This document shows, one piece after another, positions 13,401 to 25,260 of a stretch of 64,000 bases of DNA. The stretch's first letter is position 1; every line of letters begins with the position of its first letter. The translations under genes were made by a program, and so were the position numbers. The stretch spans positions 17,015,651 to 17,079,650 of the forward strand of contig OZ316891.1 of NCBI GenBank assembly GCA_973895155.1, given 5' to 3'. The notes under the pieces were generated by a model that worked only from the letters and a program-made list of their open reading frames with translations, was not told the origin of the DNA and ran no database searches. The stretch comes from Marsupella aquatica (taxonomy: Eukaryota > Plantae > Marchantiophyta).

Positions 13401-15083
13401 GGAGTCTGTCATCATTGCAGAGCTCGACAAGGAGCTAAGAGCAACCCGGGAGGAGAGGGCTACCTTGAAGAAAGAATGGGAGGAAGCCCAAAAGGAACTA
13501 GAGGAGGCACGCAAGGACCTGGATGAGACCCAGGAGGAGTTGGAGGAGATCACGAGGAAGATGGAGAACCTCTAGCGGCGGGCCGACAACCAAACAGAGC
13601 GGCTGAAGAAACAAGCCGCAGTATTTAAGTGCTTGTCTTCATCAGGCCCAACTCCAATTGGGGCAACCAAGTTACCAGGAGTGGTACTGGCCGAAGAAAA
13701 AGCCGCGCCACCTGCACCAGTGCCGGAAGTAAGTGGGAAGGGGAAGGGACCAGCTGCCGAACCAAAAAAGAAGAAGAAGCGGAAACCTTCAGGGTCAAGG
13801 AGTAATACGACTCCACTAGCCGTGGTGACCAAGGAGGTAGACCCAACACCAACCTCCGGCAGGAACACGGCAATAGATCCCGCTATCACCAAGGGTGGGG
13901 AGGGTGCGGCCCAAGCCGAACTACTCAATCATGAGGCCGGTATCCCAGATCCGCCTCTTGAGCAGGCCGGGGAGACCGTAGCCGAGGCTGAGGCCGTAGC
14001 CGATAATGATTCCCAAGCCGATGCCGACGCCGATGGTGGACCCAGTCAGGCCGATGGAGAGTTGACTCAATTAAGGGCAGGTAATCTGTCAGAAAACGAA
14101 CCTACGGCAGTGGCTGAGGAGGAAGCGTTGGGGGCGTCCATTGAGGATCCACCACCGGTGTTGTGACGGTGCAAGGGCGCCGTTCCTTTTAGGAAGGGCG
14201 GACGTGGAGGGAGGAGGCGTGAGCAGGCAGGGCGGGCGCTGATCTCCAAGTTTAGGATTAGGATCAGGACCAGGAGCGACCCTGACACTTAGCTTAGTGG
14301 GATTGCGGTTCCACTGGTAGGAGCAACACTTGTGCTCCTGCCTTGCTGTACATAGGTAGATCTGGGCAAGGAGATTACTGTTAGGTAGATTAGGCTTACG
14401 CTGCAAAGAATTAGGCGGATCCACTACCAGGATAAGTACCTGGGCAGCGGGGAGCTCAGGGCCTCTTCTTTAGCAAGTTTTTAGTTTGCACCAGCCGGGC
14501 TGGGATCAAGTAGTAAGGGAAGCTCTCGGTTAGTCATACAGTGACCCTTGTGTATATTCATGTTTCCTCATGCCTAAGAGCTGAATAGAGTTGGCCTCAC
14601 AGCTTAGTTCGCAGAGCTTGTGTATGAGATGTACTGTTTGTATGACAAGTGCATGGTATGACTCAGTCAGAAGGAGTCATTTTGCTATTTGTGTGTCGCA
14701 TTAACTTGTGTGAAGAGTGCCCACATCAACTAACAGTAGGAAGGAAAGTAAGCAGGGGAGTGAGAGTTGGATGTGTCGAGCTGAGAGAGGTCTTAGCGGC
14801 TTAACCAAGCCTATTGGGGATCATTCCAGCGACGGAATCCAAACATACCTAACAAGACAGAGGGGAAGACAAGGGAAGGCCTAGATTAGGCCGGCTACGT
14901 ATCTCATGACCCGATGAAGGATCTGTCCAGTATATGTGTATAAAATGTTAATAGTAGTAGTAGAAGGTTAGCAGCGTCCCATGCCGCTAAGCCGCAGAAA
15001 CGGCCTCGCCAAGCGCAAAACCTGTGGGAATCGGCTTGAGCTGGGGGGTTTCTTGGGTTTAGGGAGCCATGGGACGCACCACA
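10410..15083 (+). mobile_element. Giant solo LTR (4,674 bp) of a Ty3/gypsy (Tat-like) retrotransposon
   Basis: TGTGATGC...GCACCACA termini and 5-bp TSD GTACA (10405-10409, 15084-15088). The same 3' end at 20758 is followed by a PBS-like TGGCGCTAG and gag. Confidence 0.9.
10525..14166 (+). pseudogene. ~1,213-aa protein encoded inside the LTR: PMD/Transposase_32-like central domain plus long SMC-like coiled coil
   Basis: Four ORF pieces in one frame separated by three single stops (10909, 12550, 13573). Motif LLELVGSW...GKDFYLTPKVIAEVFGLP; E/K-rich heptads at 12860-13570. Confidence 0.8.
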
Positions 15084-15130
15084 GTACATTGTCAAGAAGG
15101 ATTCTTACATATTCAATGAGGGAAGAATAT

Positions 15131-15512
15131 TTGTAACAATTTTTACGCTTGGTCTGGGTGATAAGGTACTTTGACAAAACAATCTTGACATATTCAACAA
15201 AGAAAGAAGCGAGTCTAACAATTTTTACGCTCTGTCTAGGCGGTAAGGTACTTTGACAAAACAATCTTGACATTCAACAAAGAAAGAAGCGAGCCAGTGT
15301 AACAGTTTTTACGCTCAGTCTGGGCGATAAGGTACTCTGACAAAACAATCTTGACATATTCAACAAAGAAAGAAGCGAGTGTAACAGTTTTTACGCTCTA
15401 TCTGGGCAGTAAGGTACTCTGACAAACAATCGTCACATATTCAGAAAGAAAGAAGCGACTCTAACAGTTTTTACGCTTTGTCTGGGCGATAAGGTACTTT
15501 GACAAAACAAAG
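15131..15512. repeat. ~82-bp tandem repeat, ~4.5 copies, just upstream of transposase B
   Basis: TAACA(A/G)TTTTTACGCT...AAGGTACT(T/C)TGACAAAACAA...AAGAAAGAAGCGA recurs at ~15133, 15215, 15299, 15381 and 15461. Confidence 0.85.
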
Positions 15513-17640
15513 TCATAAGAATGAATAACAGTTTTCACATACTGTTTGCTGATTAAGTTACGCTCTTGAGAAACAAAGAGGAATTGAGCAAGCCGGAAAG
15601 GCAATAACATCCCTTACATGAACGAGGCATCTCTTGGTAGATGCCACTTGAACTCTCTTGGTGCTCATTTTTAGTCTTTCTTCAAGTGGTTATCATGGCT
15701 GGCCGTGTGAGGATCACGTTTCCAGACAATGGAGACGTTGTTGTGCTAGTGACTGATGGTGTTGTTCGGCATACACCAGACAACGAATTAGCTCGTCGGT
15801 TCGATGTTGAGATTGGGGAGTGGGCACTCTTTGAGGCCGGCGATGTCTTACCATTGATTGAGGCAGACTCAGAGGAGAGTGGAGAGGAAAGGATATGGCA
15901 TCTGAAAAGTGAAGTTTCGTACGTCCTTCAGCAGAGGGTGTACTCTGTTCCTCTTACTGAAGTTGGTTTGCAATCTCAAACTGGAGAGAAGATTTCAGAG
16001 TGGCCGGCAGAGGTAGAGCAAGCCAAATTGTAAGTGTTGTTGCTGCAATGCTGAAAGGGAAAGGCACTTTGTGATGTGTAAAGGCTGCCCATTCCATTCT
16101 CAGAGTGCATTATCCACAACGAGTCATGACTCTGCCGGAATGGTATGATGGGGATTGCATTTTTGAGCTCCCCCCATTCACAGGTATCCACACAAAGGGT
16201 GCCTTCTTCTTGGGTATGGAGCGGAGAAATGACTGCTACTTGTGGAGCAAGCTCATCGAGACAGGGGCCCAAATTGGACCCAACCTGAACAAGGGAGGCT
16301 TCAAGTATAAGATTGGGAATGTGAGATGTCTGGCTCTTTGCAATGTCCACATTCAGATTGTCCAGCTTTTACAAGTAAGAATTAGCGCAATTGCACAGAA
16401 TGGCAGCGAGATAGGGGTGGGAGAAATGAGGTTCAATTTCCTGTTGGGCGACTAGTTCCAGCAGAGAGTGTGATTTGCGCCTTTTGTGATCGGCCTCCTA
16501 AGTGTATAGCCAAGTTATTCGACCCCTCAAGCCGTACTCAAACCGGTACCAACCTCCGGCATGAACACGGCAATAGATTCCGCTATCACCAAAGGTGGGG
16601 ATGGCGCGGCCCAAGCCAAACTACTCAGTAATGAGGCCGGTATCCCAGATCCACCTCTTGAGCAGGCCGGGGAGGCTGTAGCCGAGGCTGAGGCTGTAGC
16701 CAAGAATGATTTCCAAGCCGAGGCCGAAGCCGAGGGTGGACCCAGTCAGGCCGATGAAAAGTTAACTCGGTCAGAGGCAGGTAATATGTCAGAGGACGGA
16801 CCAACGGCAATGGTTGCAGAGGGAGCGTTGGGGGCGTCCATTGAGGATCCACCACCGGTGTCGTGACGGTGCAAGGGCGCCATTCCTTTTAGGAAGGGCG
16901 GACGTGGAGGGAGGAGGCGTGAGTGGGTAGAGCGGGCTCAGATCTCTAAGTTTAGAATTAGGATCAGGACCAGGAGGCGGCCGTAATACTTAGCTTAGTG
17001 GGATTGCGGATCCACTGGTAAGATCAACACTTGTACTTCTGCCTCGCTGTACATAGGTTGATCCAGTTAGGTAGATTAGGCTTACGCTGCAAAGAATTAG
17101 GCGGATCCACTACCAGGATAAGTACCTGGGCAGCGGGGAGCTCAGGGCCTCTTCTTTAGCAAGTTTTTAGTTTGCACCAGCCGGGCTGGGATCAAGTAGT
17201 AAGAGAAGCTCTCGGTTAGTCATACAATGACCCTTGTGTATATTCATGTTTCCTCATGCCTAAGAGCTGAATAGAGTTGGCCTCACAGCTTAGTTCGCAG
17301 AGCTTGTGTATGAGATGTACTGTTTGTATGACAAGTGCATGGTATGACTCAGTCAGAAGGAGTCATTTTGCTATTTGTGTGTCGCATTAACTTGTGTGAA
17401 GAGTGCCCACATCAACTAACAGTAGGAAGGAAAGTAAGCAGGGGAGTGAGAGTTGGATGTGTCGAGCTGAGAGAGGTCTTAGCGGCTTAACCAAGCCTAT
17501 TGGGGATCATTCCGACGACGGAATCCAAACATACCTAACCAGAAGGAGAGGAAGACAAGGGAAGGCCTAGATTAGGCCGGCTATGTATCTCATGACCCGA
17601 TGAAGGATCTGTCCAGTATATGTGTGTAAAATGTTAATAG

Positions 17641-20621
17641 TGTTGTAACTCATACTTGAGTTAAGTCTACCTTTGGGATAACTACCTATGTAACTACCCT
17701 AACTACTTAGGCTGTAGCCACATGTACATATTCTACCAAGAGTAAAGATGGAACCAACTCTTTGTCTCATTTCTCCCACAACACGTTATCAGCACGAGCC
17801 TAAGACTGGCTGAATTTTTAGGCCATGACTGATTCAACCTAAGACAAAGAAAGGAGGGAGAGCCCTGAAGACGTGATTTGAATGTGCCAAAGTTTTTTTA
17901 GTTTTTTTCTGCTAGAACTGCTTGAAGCGCTGCAGCTCGCTTTGCACTCTGAATTGAGGCGGAATGTGGACGAAGATGGCATTTGATGTTAGCTTGAATG
18001 CGGCCAATTGTGTGAAGGGAAAGCGGAATGTATTGTGAGCAAATGGCGTCCGCATCGTTTGTTGTTGGCTTGGGCTATGCACGTTGGGATCCTGCTCGTC
18101 CTAAGTTTCATGGTTGCTATTGGATGTCTTCTTCTCATTTTTAACAAATTTTTTGAGCAATGGATTCCCTCGATCTTGGTGTCTCTGTCAACTTTAAGTG
18201 CAGAATTGCGATGATGCCTCGTCGATATTTCAGTTTTGAAGCGACCTATTGCCTCGGAAGTTATCAAATTCCTAGGTTAATTCTGCACAGTGGCAAGGAT
18301 TACGAAGATATCATGGTCCCTGCGGAATTCCTGCTGTGTCTCTTCATTCCTGCCGTGCAATGAGGACTGCGGGAAAGGCAATGCTATCCCCGCTTAGGGT
18401 CTTAGTTCCCAAAGTCACACAGTGATTCTTTCATTGTTATCCGCGAATGAATTTTCATCGTAGTCCTGCTTTGCATTCTGAACTGGCCTGCGCCACATTA
18501 GTTCACACATGCGTCAATAGTCCTGGTCCAGTCCGTTTCACTATGTTCTCTTACTCTTTCTCCACCGGTACTACCAATCTGTTTGTGAGTTCCTGGAGTT
18601 GATGAAGTTAATTGGATTGATTTCTCATTCTTCTTACCGAAAACTGTGACCAAGAAAACTATGCAAGCACATTGAATTGAGAGCGAAGCCACTGGAAACT
18701 CCTACAATTGTCCGGAGGTCTGCTACGTTGAAAGATAGCAATGCAAGGAATGCGGTGAATTGTGTCATGCAACTACATTACGGTAAGCCGCGGATAAAGG
18801 CCTCGGCTGCTCAGGAGATGTCGCCCGAGTACGAGGAAAACAAAGTGGAGAAGAGAAGAGGGGACTCGGACACTCTGTCGCGCCGCGGAAAGTTCTCTCC
18901 CTTAGGCATTTTTTGTGCCTTCGTTTTCTTCTTCCTCGTTATCAAAGGCAAACACAAGGATGAGGAAAGTAAGGAGGATAGCGATGACCAATGGGAGTCC
19001 CAAAGTTACGGCACCTATAGCACAGAAGGACACAGAATGCCAATTTTGGTAAACAACAGTTCTCGTGAGATTGGCAGTATGCATGGATAAGATGGAACAA
19101 TCCACGACCAGGGGTAGGGGCATTGGTGTTATGAGCTTACGAGTTGACCATTGGAAGCACGAACCAAGAGAAGCTTGGAGAAAAGAGGATAAGAGCACGA
19201 AGGGAATGCGCGCAGCAAAGAACAAATCTCGCAACAAAAATGCTGAAACGTCGAGAAAACGTCGAGAACATACCGCTAAGTGCAAACCCTCCTTAATTGC
19301 AAAACCCATCAAATAGATTTGCGTATACAAAGAACAATGTGCACTGAACCAGGGAAACACACATACTAAGAACGGGGACGAAATGGCATTAAAATGAAAG
19401 ATATCTATTGGAAAGATTACCATATAAGAATTGCCATTCACAAATTCAGGGGGAGAATTGTTTTTCCCAACGTGCCTACTGCATTTAAAAGCTGCCTACG
19501 GCACTTAAAAGTTCAGCTCCGTGCCTACTACACATGGAAGCCAATGAGTGCGTACTGCACATGGAAGTAAATGACAAATTGAGGGGGAGACCTCAAGTAA
19601 GACTTGACATCAAGCAATGTAACCCATGGGATGTGCCTATTGCACAAGTGCCTTTCGCACCAATGAATACCTAAAAATGGAACTCTATTCCATGCATATG
19701 GCAAATCATGAAATCTAAGGAATTTTTATAAATGATTGAACATGGTGTTAACACAATCACTTACCAATACTTGATGAGGTATACTGGATATTAAAGTACC
19801 ATATGATAATATGAGGTACAGTACAAGGTCATAAGGTACCATAAGGTGAGACATGGCATGGTAAGGCACCATAAGAGATGGTGCGCCATATGGGATGATA
19901 ACCCTATGTTATGGATATGGTACGTGATATGGTTCAAATAGGTTATGCCCACACCAAATCTAGGATTGGACACCCAATCCAATTCCAAAGCCATGGATTA
20001 CACCATATCATCTTCATTTTGTACTAATACTTTGCTTTGTCATGGCATGTAATCTGTGACCATCAAGGAGTCTCCATTTCCCGATTGGAAGGAGACACGA
20101 GAAACAATCAACCAAGGAGGATCTTCAACAAGCCTATAGTGCTGACAAGCACCTTAAGAGACTTTGTAGAAATTACACATACACTATATGCTTAAACCCA
20201 ATTATGTTACACCCATGGGGATGGTAATACTCTTTCCTCCCACAAAGAAAGTAGGGGAGGTTTTAATGAGGTTACATCCCCCACTTACACTTTACCATAC
20301 AACATGAATTATAAGACATCTATTAGGAGAAGCTTGACATTCATTTATAGTAGACTTGAGATGACTACACCACTTATAAAATAGGCTAGACATAAACAAA
20401 ACCTATTGTATACCACTGAATATACCCAAAGTAGACTCTTGATTGTAACATTTCAACCCCAATGTTACAAAGGGGGAGTGTTGTAACTCATACTTGAGTT
20501 AAGTCTACCTTTGGGATAACTACCTATGTAACTACCCTAACTACTTAGGCTGTAGCCACATGTACATATTCTACCAAGAGTAAAGATGGAACCAACTCTT
20601 TGTCTCATTTCTCCCACAACA
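17641..20621 (+). mobile_element. Non-autonomous Bianca-like Copia LTR element (143-bp LTRs at 17641-17783 and 20479-20621)
   Basis: TG...CA LTRs identical by eye; TSD AATAG (17636-17640, 20622-20626); PBS CGTTATCAGCACGA (17784-17797); PPT AAAGGGGGAG (20469-20478); no gag/pol motifs inside. Confidence 0.9.
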
Positions 20622-20762
20622 AATAGTAGTAGTAGAAGGAGGTTAGCAGCGTCCCATGCCGCTAAGCCGCGGAAACGGCCTCGCCAAGCGTGAAACCTGC
20701 GGGAATCGGCTTGCGCTGGGGGGTTTCTTGGGTTTAGGGAACCATGGGACGCACCACATTTT

Positions 20763-20780
20763 TGGCGCTAGATGGAGGGG
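20763..20780 (+). promoter_or_regulatory. PBS-like sequence TGGCGCTAGATGGAGGGG of the giant-LTR retrotransposon
   Basis: Begins with TGG four nt after the LTR end (CACA, 20758) and precedes gag. Cognate tRNA not identified. Confidence 0.55.
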
Positions 20781-20827
20781 GCATTTCTTAAGCCGTGAGA
20801 TATGAAGTTAGAAAGGAAGCATAGGTA

Positions 20828-22582
20828 ATGACTGACCTTACGCCGAGGGAAGAAAGAGTGATTCAACGGGAGAGAGCTCGACTGCAGCAGCTCGCCGGGT
20901 GGCATGATACACAGCGACTGAGAGGAGCAGAAAGAGCTGGTAGCTCCGAAGCTGGAAGTGGCGTCGAAGAAGACATACCAGAAGAAGAGTCGGTAGGAAG
21001 AAACGAGTACCCAACCAACATGGGGGAACCAGAGGCGCGGCCAGACGAGAGGCCAGGGACCAGACTGAGCCAACGGTCACGCATTCATTACAAAGCATTT
21101 CATGGAAGAGGAGATGAGGATCCGGACGAATGGTTGGATGATTTCGAGGGAACCGTTGCAGCAAATGGAGAATCGGCCATCAAGATGCAGATTCTTCCCG
21201 GCCTGTTCAAGGGTGAGGCTAGGCCTTGGTACAGAGCATTAGATGTGGAAGATCAAGCCGTCTGGGATATCTTCAAAACACTCTTTGTTAAGGAGTTTCG
21301 ACCCATTGGAACTTCAGAACTAGCAGTGCTGAAGTTGGGACGACTTCGGTTCAAGGAGAACAAATCCTTCAAGAAGTTCTTGCAACGCTTTCAGAAACTG
21401 GTAAGACATACAAAGACCAATGCATCTGAAGGTATGCAACTTCAATGGTTGGTGAATGCTTTGCCACAGAAGATGAGTTTTGCAATTAGGAAGGAGAACC
21501 CGGAGACCTTGGCCGAGGCAATTAAGGATATTCAATTATACATTAATGCAGATATCACCAGCCGGAAGAAACAACTTAAGTCTGAGAGTTCCTCATCAGA
21601 GGAGGGATCACCCCATAAGAAAAAAGATAAGAAGAAGAAACATTCTAAGAAGTCAAGAAGTGATAACTCAAGCTCGGATAGTGGAAGTAGCAAGAGTGAG
21701 TCATCTTCTAGTTCTGAAGAAGAAAAAACTAGGAAAAGAAAGGCCAGAAGGAGAGGGAAGACGAAAGTCAAGTTGGAGGCTAAGCCACCAGATAACATTG
21801 TGGCCCTTACCGAGCAACTTAAGGCTATAATTGCAGAGGTAAAGCCAAAGAAGAAGGTAGTACAGGAGGATAGCTCTGTATGGTGTGCCTTATGTTATAA
21901 AACCGGACACCATAAAGATGCGTGTCCTAAACTTAATACTAATCATGTTCGGCATGTGGCCAAGATCAGACCATGTCAGGGAGAAATAGAGTACTTTCTA
22001 GGAGATGCCGCTGATAGTGTTTTCGGCATCAGTGAGACTGGAGCACGAGACCTATCCAACAGACCTGCATCTCTGTGGTCAGGATTAAGGAACAACCCGG
22101 GAGAGATGTATCCTCGGATTATTCAGAACCCGTCAGTACCTCCTAGGCCGAATGTACAGAGATTTGCGGCATGCTATAACTGTGGTCAACCTGGCCATTT
22201 TGCTAGAGAGTGCCCGAATACACGCAAACAGGGTGATGGACAACCAGCTCAGCTATGTATGGGATGTAGACAGGAGGGTCACATGCTAGGACAATGTCCT
22301 ACTTGGTTGGCAGGCCTGGCCGCAAATCATAAGCTCTTGCCAGTTAAGGTCTTACCGCCAGGTACTACCCCCGGAGGAGTTCAAATCAACCACATCGAGC
22401 TAGGATGGCAAGCGGATGCCGAGGCAGAGTTCGTACCATCTGATGATGAGGCCGAAGCCCTATCAACCTTCTCAGAAGAGGATTTAGATCATGATTGCTA
22501 CCGGGTCTCTACTCGATCAACCAGAAGGAAGGAAAGGTGGGATGGGCTGGCCAAAAATAAAGGGAAGGGGCAGAAGTACTGA
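20828..22582 (+). CDS. gag: Ty3/gypsy Gag with three CCHC zinc knuckles, truncated at the LINE junction
   Basis: FHGRGDEDPDEWLDDFE...LFKGEARPWY capsid motif; CALCYKTGHHKDAC, CYNCGQPGHFAREC, CMGCRQEGHMLGQC. Confidence 0.85.
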   Translation: MTDLTPREERVIQRERARLQQLAGWHDTQRLRGAERAGSSEAGSGVEEDIPEEESVGRNEYPTNMGEPEARPDERPGTRLSQRSRIHYKAFHGRGDEDPDEWLDDFEGTVAANGESAIKMQILPGLFKGEARPWYRALDVEDQAVWDIFKTLFVKEFRPIGTSELAVLKLGRLRFKENKSFKKFLQRFQKLVRHTKTNASEGMQLQWLVNALPQKMSFAIRKENPETLAEAIKDIQLYINADITSRKKQLKSESSSSEEGSPHKKKDKKKKHSKKSRSDNSSSDSGSSKSESSSSSEEEKTRKRKARRRGKTKVKLEAKPPDNIVALTEQLKAIIAEVKPKKKVVQEDSSVWCALCYKTGHHKDACPKLNTNHVRHVAKIRPCQGEIEYFLGDAADSVFGISETGARDLSNRPASLWSGLRNNPGEMYPRIIQNPSVPPRPNVQRFAACYNCGQPGHFARECPNTRKQGDGQPAQLCMGCRQEGHMLGQCPTWLAGLAANHKLLPVKVLPPGTTPGGVQINHIELGWQADAEAEFVPSDDEAEALSTFSEEDLDHDCYRVSTRSTRRKERWDGLAKNKGKGQKY

Positions 22583-25260
22583 GCGCATGCTGGGAGTTTC
22601 TGGGACAGGACTTGGTGGAAATGATACAAGAATTCTGGATGACAGGAGAGATTGATAGTGCGTTAAAAGAAGGGATAATAAAGCTCATTCCGAAGAAGCC
22701 TGATAAGAGATCACTGAAGGACTGGCGTCCCCTTACAATGTTGAACACAACGTACAAAGTCATTGCTAAGATCCTGGCATTGCGGTTACAAGAAATCATG
22801 AACAAGATAATCAGCCCCCAACAGACCGGATTTATACAGGGGCGCCACATTCTGGAAAACATCTCACTGGCCTGGCTCGCATGTGACTGGATACAGCACA
22901 AGAAGACGGAGGCACTTTTCTTGAAGTTGGATTTCGAAAAGGCCTTTGACAGGGTGAATCACGAATACATATGGGACACAATGCACTTACTGGGAATAAG
23001 TGGCCACTTTATCACACTGGTACGGGCTCTGTGGCTGGATCTTTCTCAAAGGCAATGGTCAATGGTTTTGCGACGGGTATGATTGAGCTTAAGAGGGGGG
23101 TGAGACAGGGCTGCCCCTTGTCGCCCCTACTTTTTGTCATCTCGACACAACCGCTGATGGACTTCTTAGCTGCGGAGATGGAGGCTGGGAGACTTAGTGG
23201 ACTGTCAATCACGGACACACTCACAATATGCTACAGATTATTCGTAGATGATGTTGGAATGTTCATTCCTGCCACGGAGGAAGCTTTCACCCAGGCACAA
23301 ACTGCACTTGCATGTTATGAAATGGGTTCTGGAGCAAAGCTGAACCTACGAAAATCTGTGGTGATTCCCTTGGCAATTGAGGTCATCCCGGATTGGCTGC
23401 TGTACTCTGGCTGTCAAGTGAGTGCAATGGGGGAGGTTCAGAAATATCTGGGCGCTCCCTTGGGGGCCGGGCTGAAGATTGAGCAACTGCACAGATTCTG
23501 CCTAGATAAAATCAGCTCACGACTGTCATCCTGGACAAATAAGCTCCTCTCTTTCACAGGTCGAACCTTATTGGTCAAACACGTGCTCCAGGCCATCCCA
23601 ATCTACCATGTGATGCACCTCAAGGCTTCAGCGGGTCTGGCCAAGAAACTCATTGCCCTCAGTAGAGATTTTCTGTGGGGATATAATCCTGCAGGTGGGA
23701 AGAAAATTCCGCTGGTGGCATGGGACAAGATGACACTTCCAAAAATAGAGGGCGGCCTGGGATTCAAGGACTTCAGAAGCCACTCCAATGCATTATTATC
23801 ACAATGGTTCACTAAGGCCCTAGAGTATCCAGACAGGGAATGGTCGAAGATGCTGGCAGCCAACTTATCTTTAATGGGATGGTTGAATTACAAGGTGATC
23901 AGAAGAAACAATTACACGTTCAAGGATAGGCTTCTGCTCTGTACTCTGTCTCAGGTATACAAGTGGTCTATGGAAGGCTTGGGAGGAGCTGCGTGCCCAT
24001 CTGGCTTTTTGTCCTGGGAGATATGGTGCCCCTGGACGCTGGAGCATTAACGATGCAATTAGATGTATGGTAGATTTCAATTCATTGCCAAATGTGGACA
24101 TTGTAGGAGTCACTGCTATTTGTGGACGCTTGGGAATGAGATCAATTCAGGACGGATGGTCGGTGGAGACAGGGGGCTAGAAAGACCTTCCGCTTAGGGG
24201 GCAGGTGCTACGAGGATTCACGGGGGAGCACAGAGGGCTGGCTAGAGCGTTCCTAGGGAGAATTTGGGAGTCAACTGCCTGCAGGTGGGACAGGGATCCT
24301 CCGGCCAGACAGTGGCGCTGGTCTGACAGGGCAGAACCTCTCAAGGACTTTCAGATCACCAACTGCAGGGTCTACCAGTTCTTGAGACCCAAGATGAGCC
24401 TTCATGTGCTGCTTAATAGGTGCTGGTCCTCACACCGGTCGGAAATTGAATGGTGCATTGGATGGAAGAAGCTGTGGATTTCTGACCTCTCCTGCAGGGC
24501 AAAAACCTTTATCTGGCGGATCCTGGTTGGTGGATTGTTTACTGGTCAACGGGCCCTCCATATCCAGGCTGGTACTGGGAATTGCAAGCTTTGCTGTGGG
24601 GTCTTGGAGACGATGCAACATTTGTTCATTGAATGTTCCCATGCCTCATGTTGCTGGAGGATGTGTGACAGGATTTTGACGGAGCTTCGCTTACCCATTG
24701 GAGGTGGTCTGCTGGCTATTCTTGATGCATCGACAGGACCGGAGCCTATTCACACTGCTAGGATCTTTTGTGTATATCAAACTCTCTGGATGATTTGGCT
24801 GGGAAGAAATGAACATATGTTCTCTGACAAGGTGGGACGTTCATTTGACTTGGGCCTGATGCTTGTTGAGACTGCCAATCACATCCATGCGGTTGGGGCT
24901 GGTTTACGCTTTGGGCGGCGTCGCTCTCGGTTGAACCGGGCTCAGGAATGGTTGCGGGGAACGAGGCAAATCTGGCTGAGACGGGGTGGGGACAGGATTC
25001 TCTTGGTGCCCTCTAGCGGCGGCGTTGCTGATTGAGGGGTCTGCTTTTTGGGGGGCTGCTGTGGGAAGGGCATGGGTGCTCTCTTGATCGGTGTTATTTC
25101 CCTTCTTTGAGGGGGGGCTCTCCCTGGGGCTTTGATGCTCTCTTTTGTGCTTTTGGGCTCTCTTTGTGGCTCGCTAGTGTGCTGTTGCTGTCCCTGTATT
25201 AAGGGCTGTTGTTCCCCCTATCCGTGGGGTCTTTCACGGTATTAAAATTTATAAAAAAAA
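22571..25260 (+). mobile_element. 5'-truncated L1-like LINE (RT + zf-RVT, 3' UTR, poly(A)); ORF2 pseudogene
   Basis: DWRPLTML, LKLDFEKAFD, GVRQGCPLSPLLF, YRLFVDD, KYLGAPL, EGGLGF, CKLC..ETMQHLFIEC; frameshifts at ~23030 and ~23950. Confidence 0.92.

Noticed and set aside
17989-19994. ORFs inside the non-autonomous Copia element
   Set aside because: Short, overlapping on both strands, with no recognisable motifs.
20763-20770. TGGCGCTA as a member of the 15-bp palindrome family
   Set aside because: Only a half-site, and its position right after the LTR end identifies it as a PBS.
5131-22575. LINE target preference for GGGAAGGGG (both LINE/LTR-element junctions fall near such a tract)
   Set aside because: At 5132 the CCACT repeat and continuing LINE frame indicate the LTR inserted into the LINE, so the two junctions have different origins.
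20828-25035. A single novel retroelement with Gag as ORF1 and LINE RT as ORF2
   Set aside because: The LINE part starts mid-ORF2 with no endonuclease, and gag is preceded by an LTR end and PBS; better explained as a chimera.
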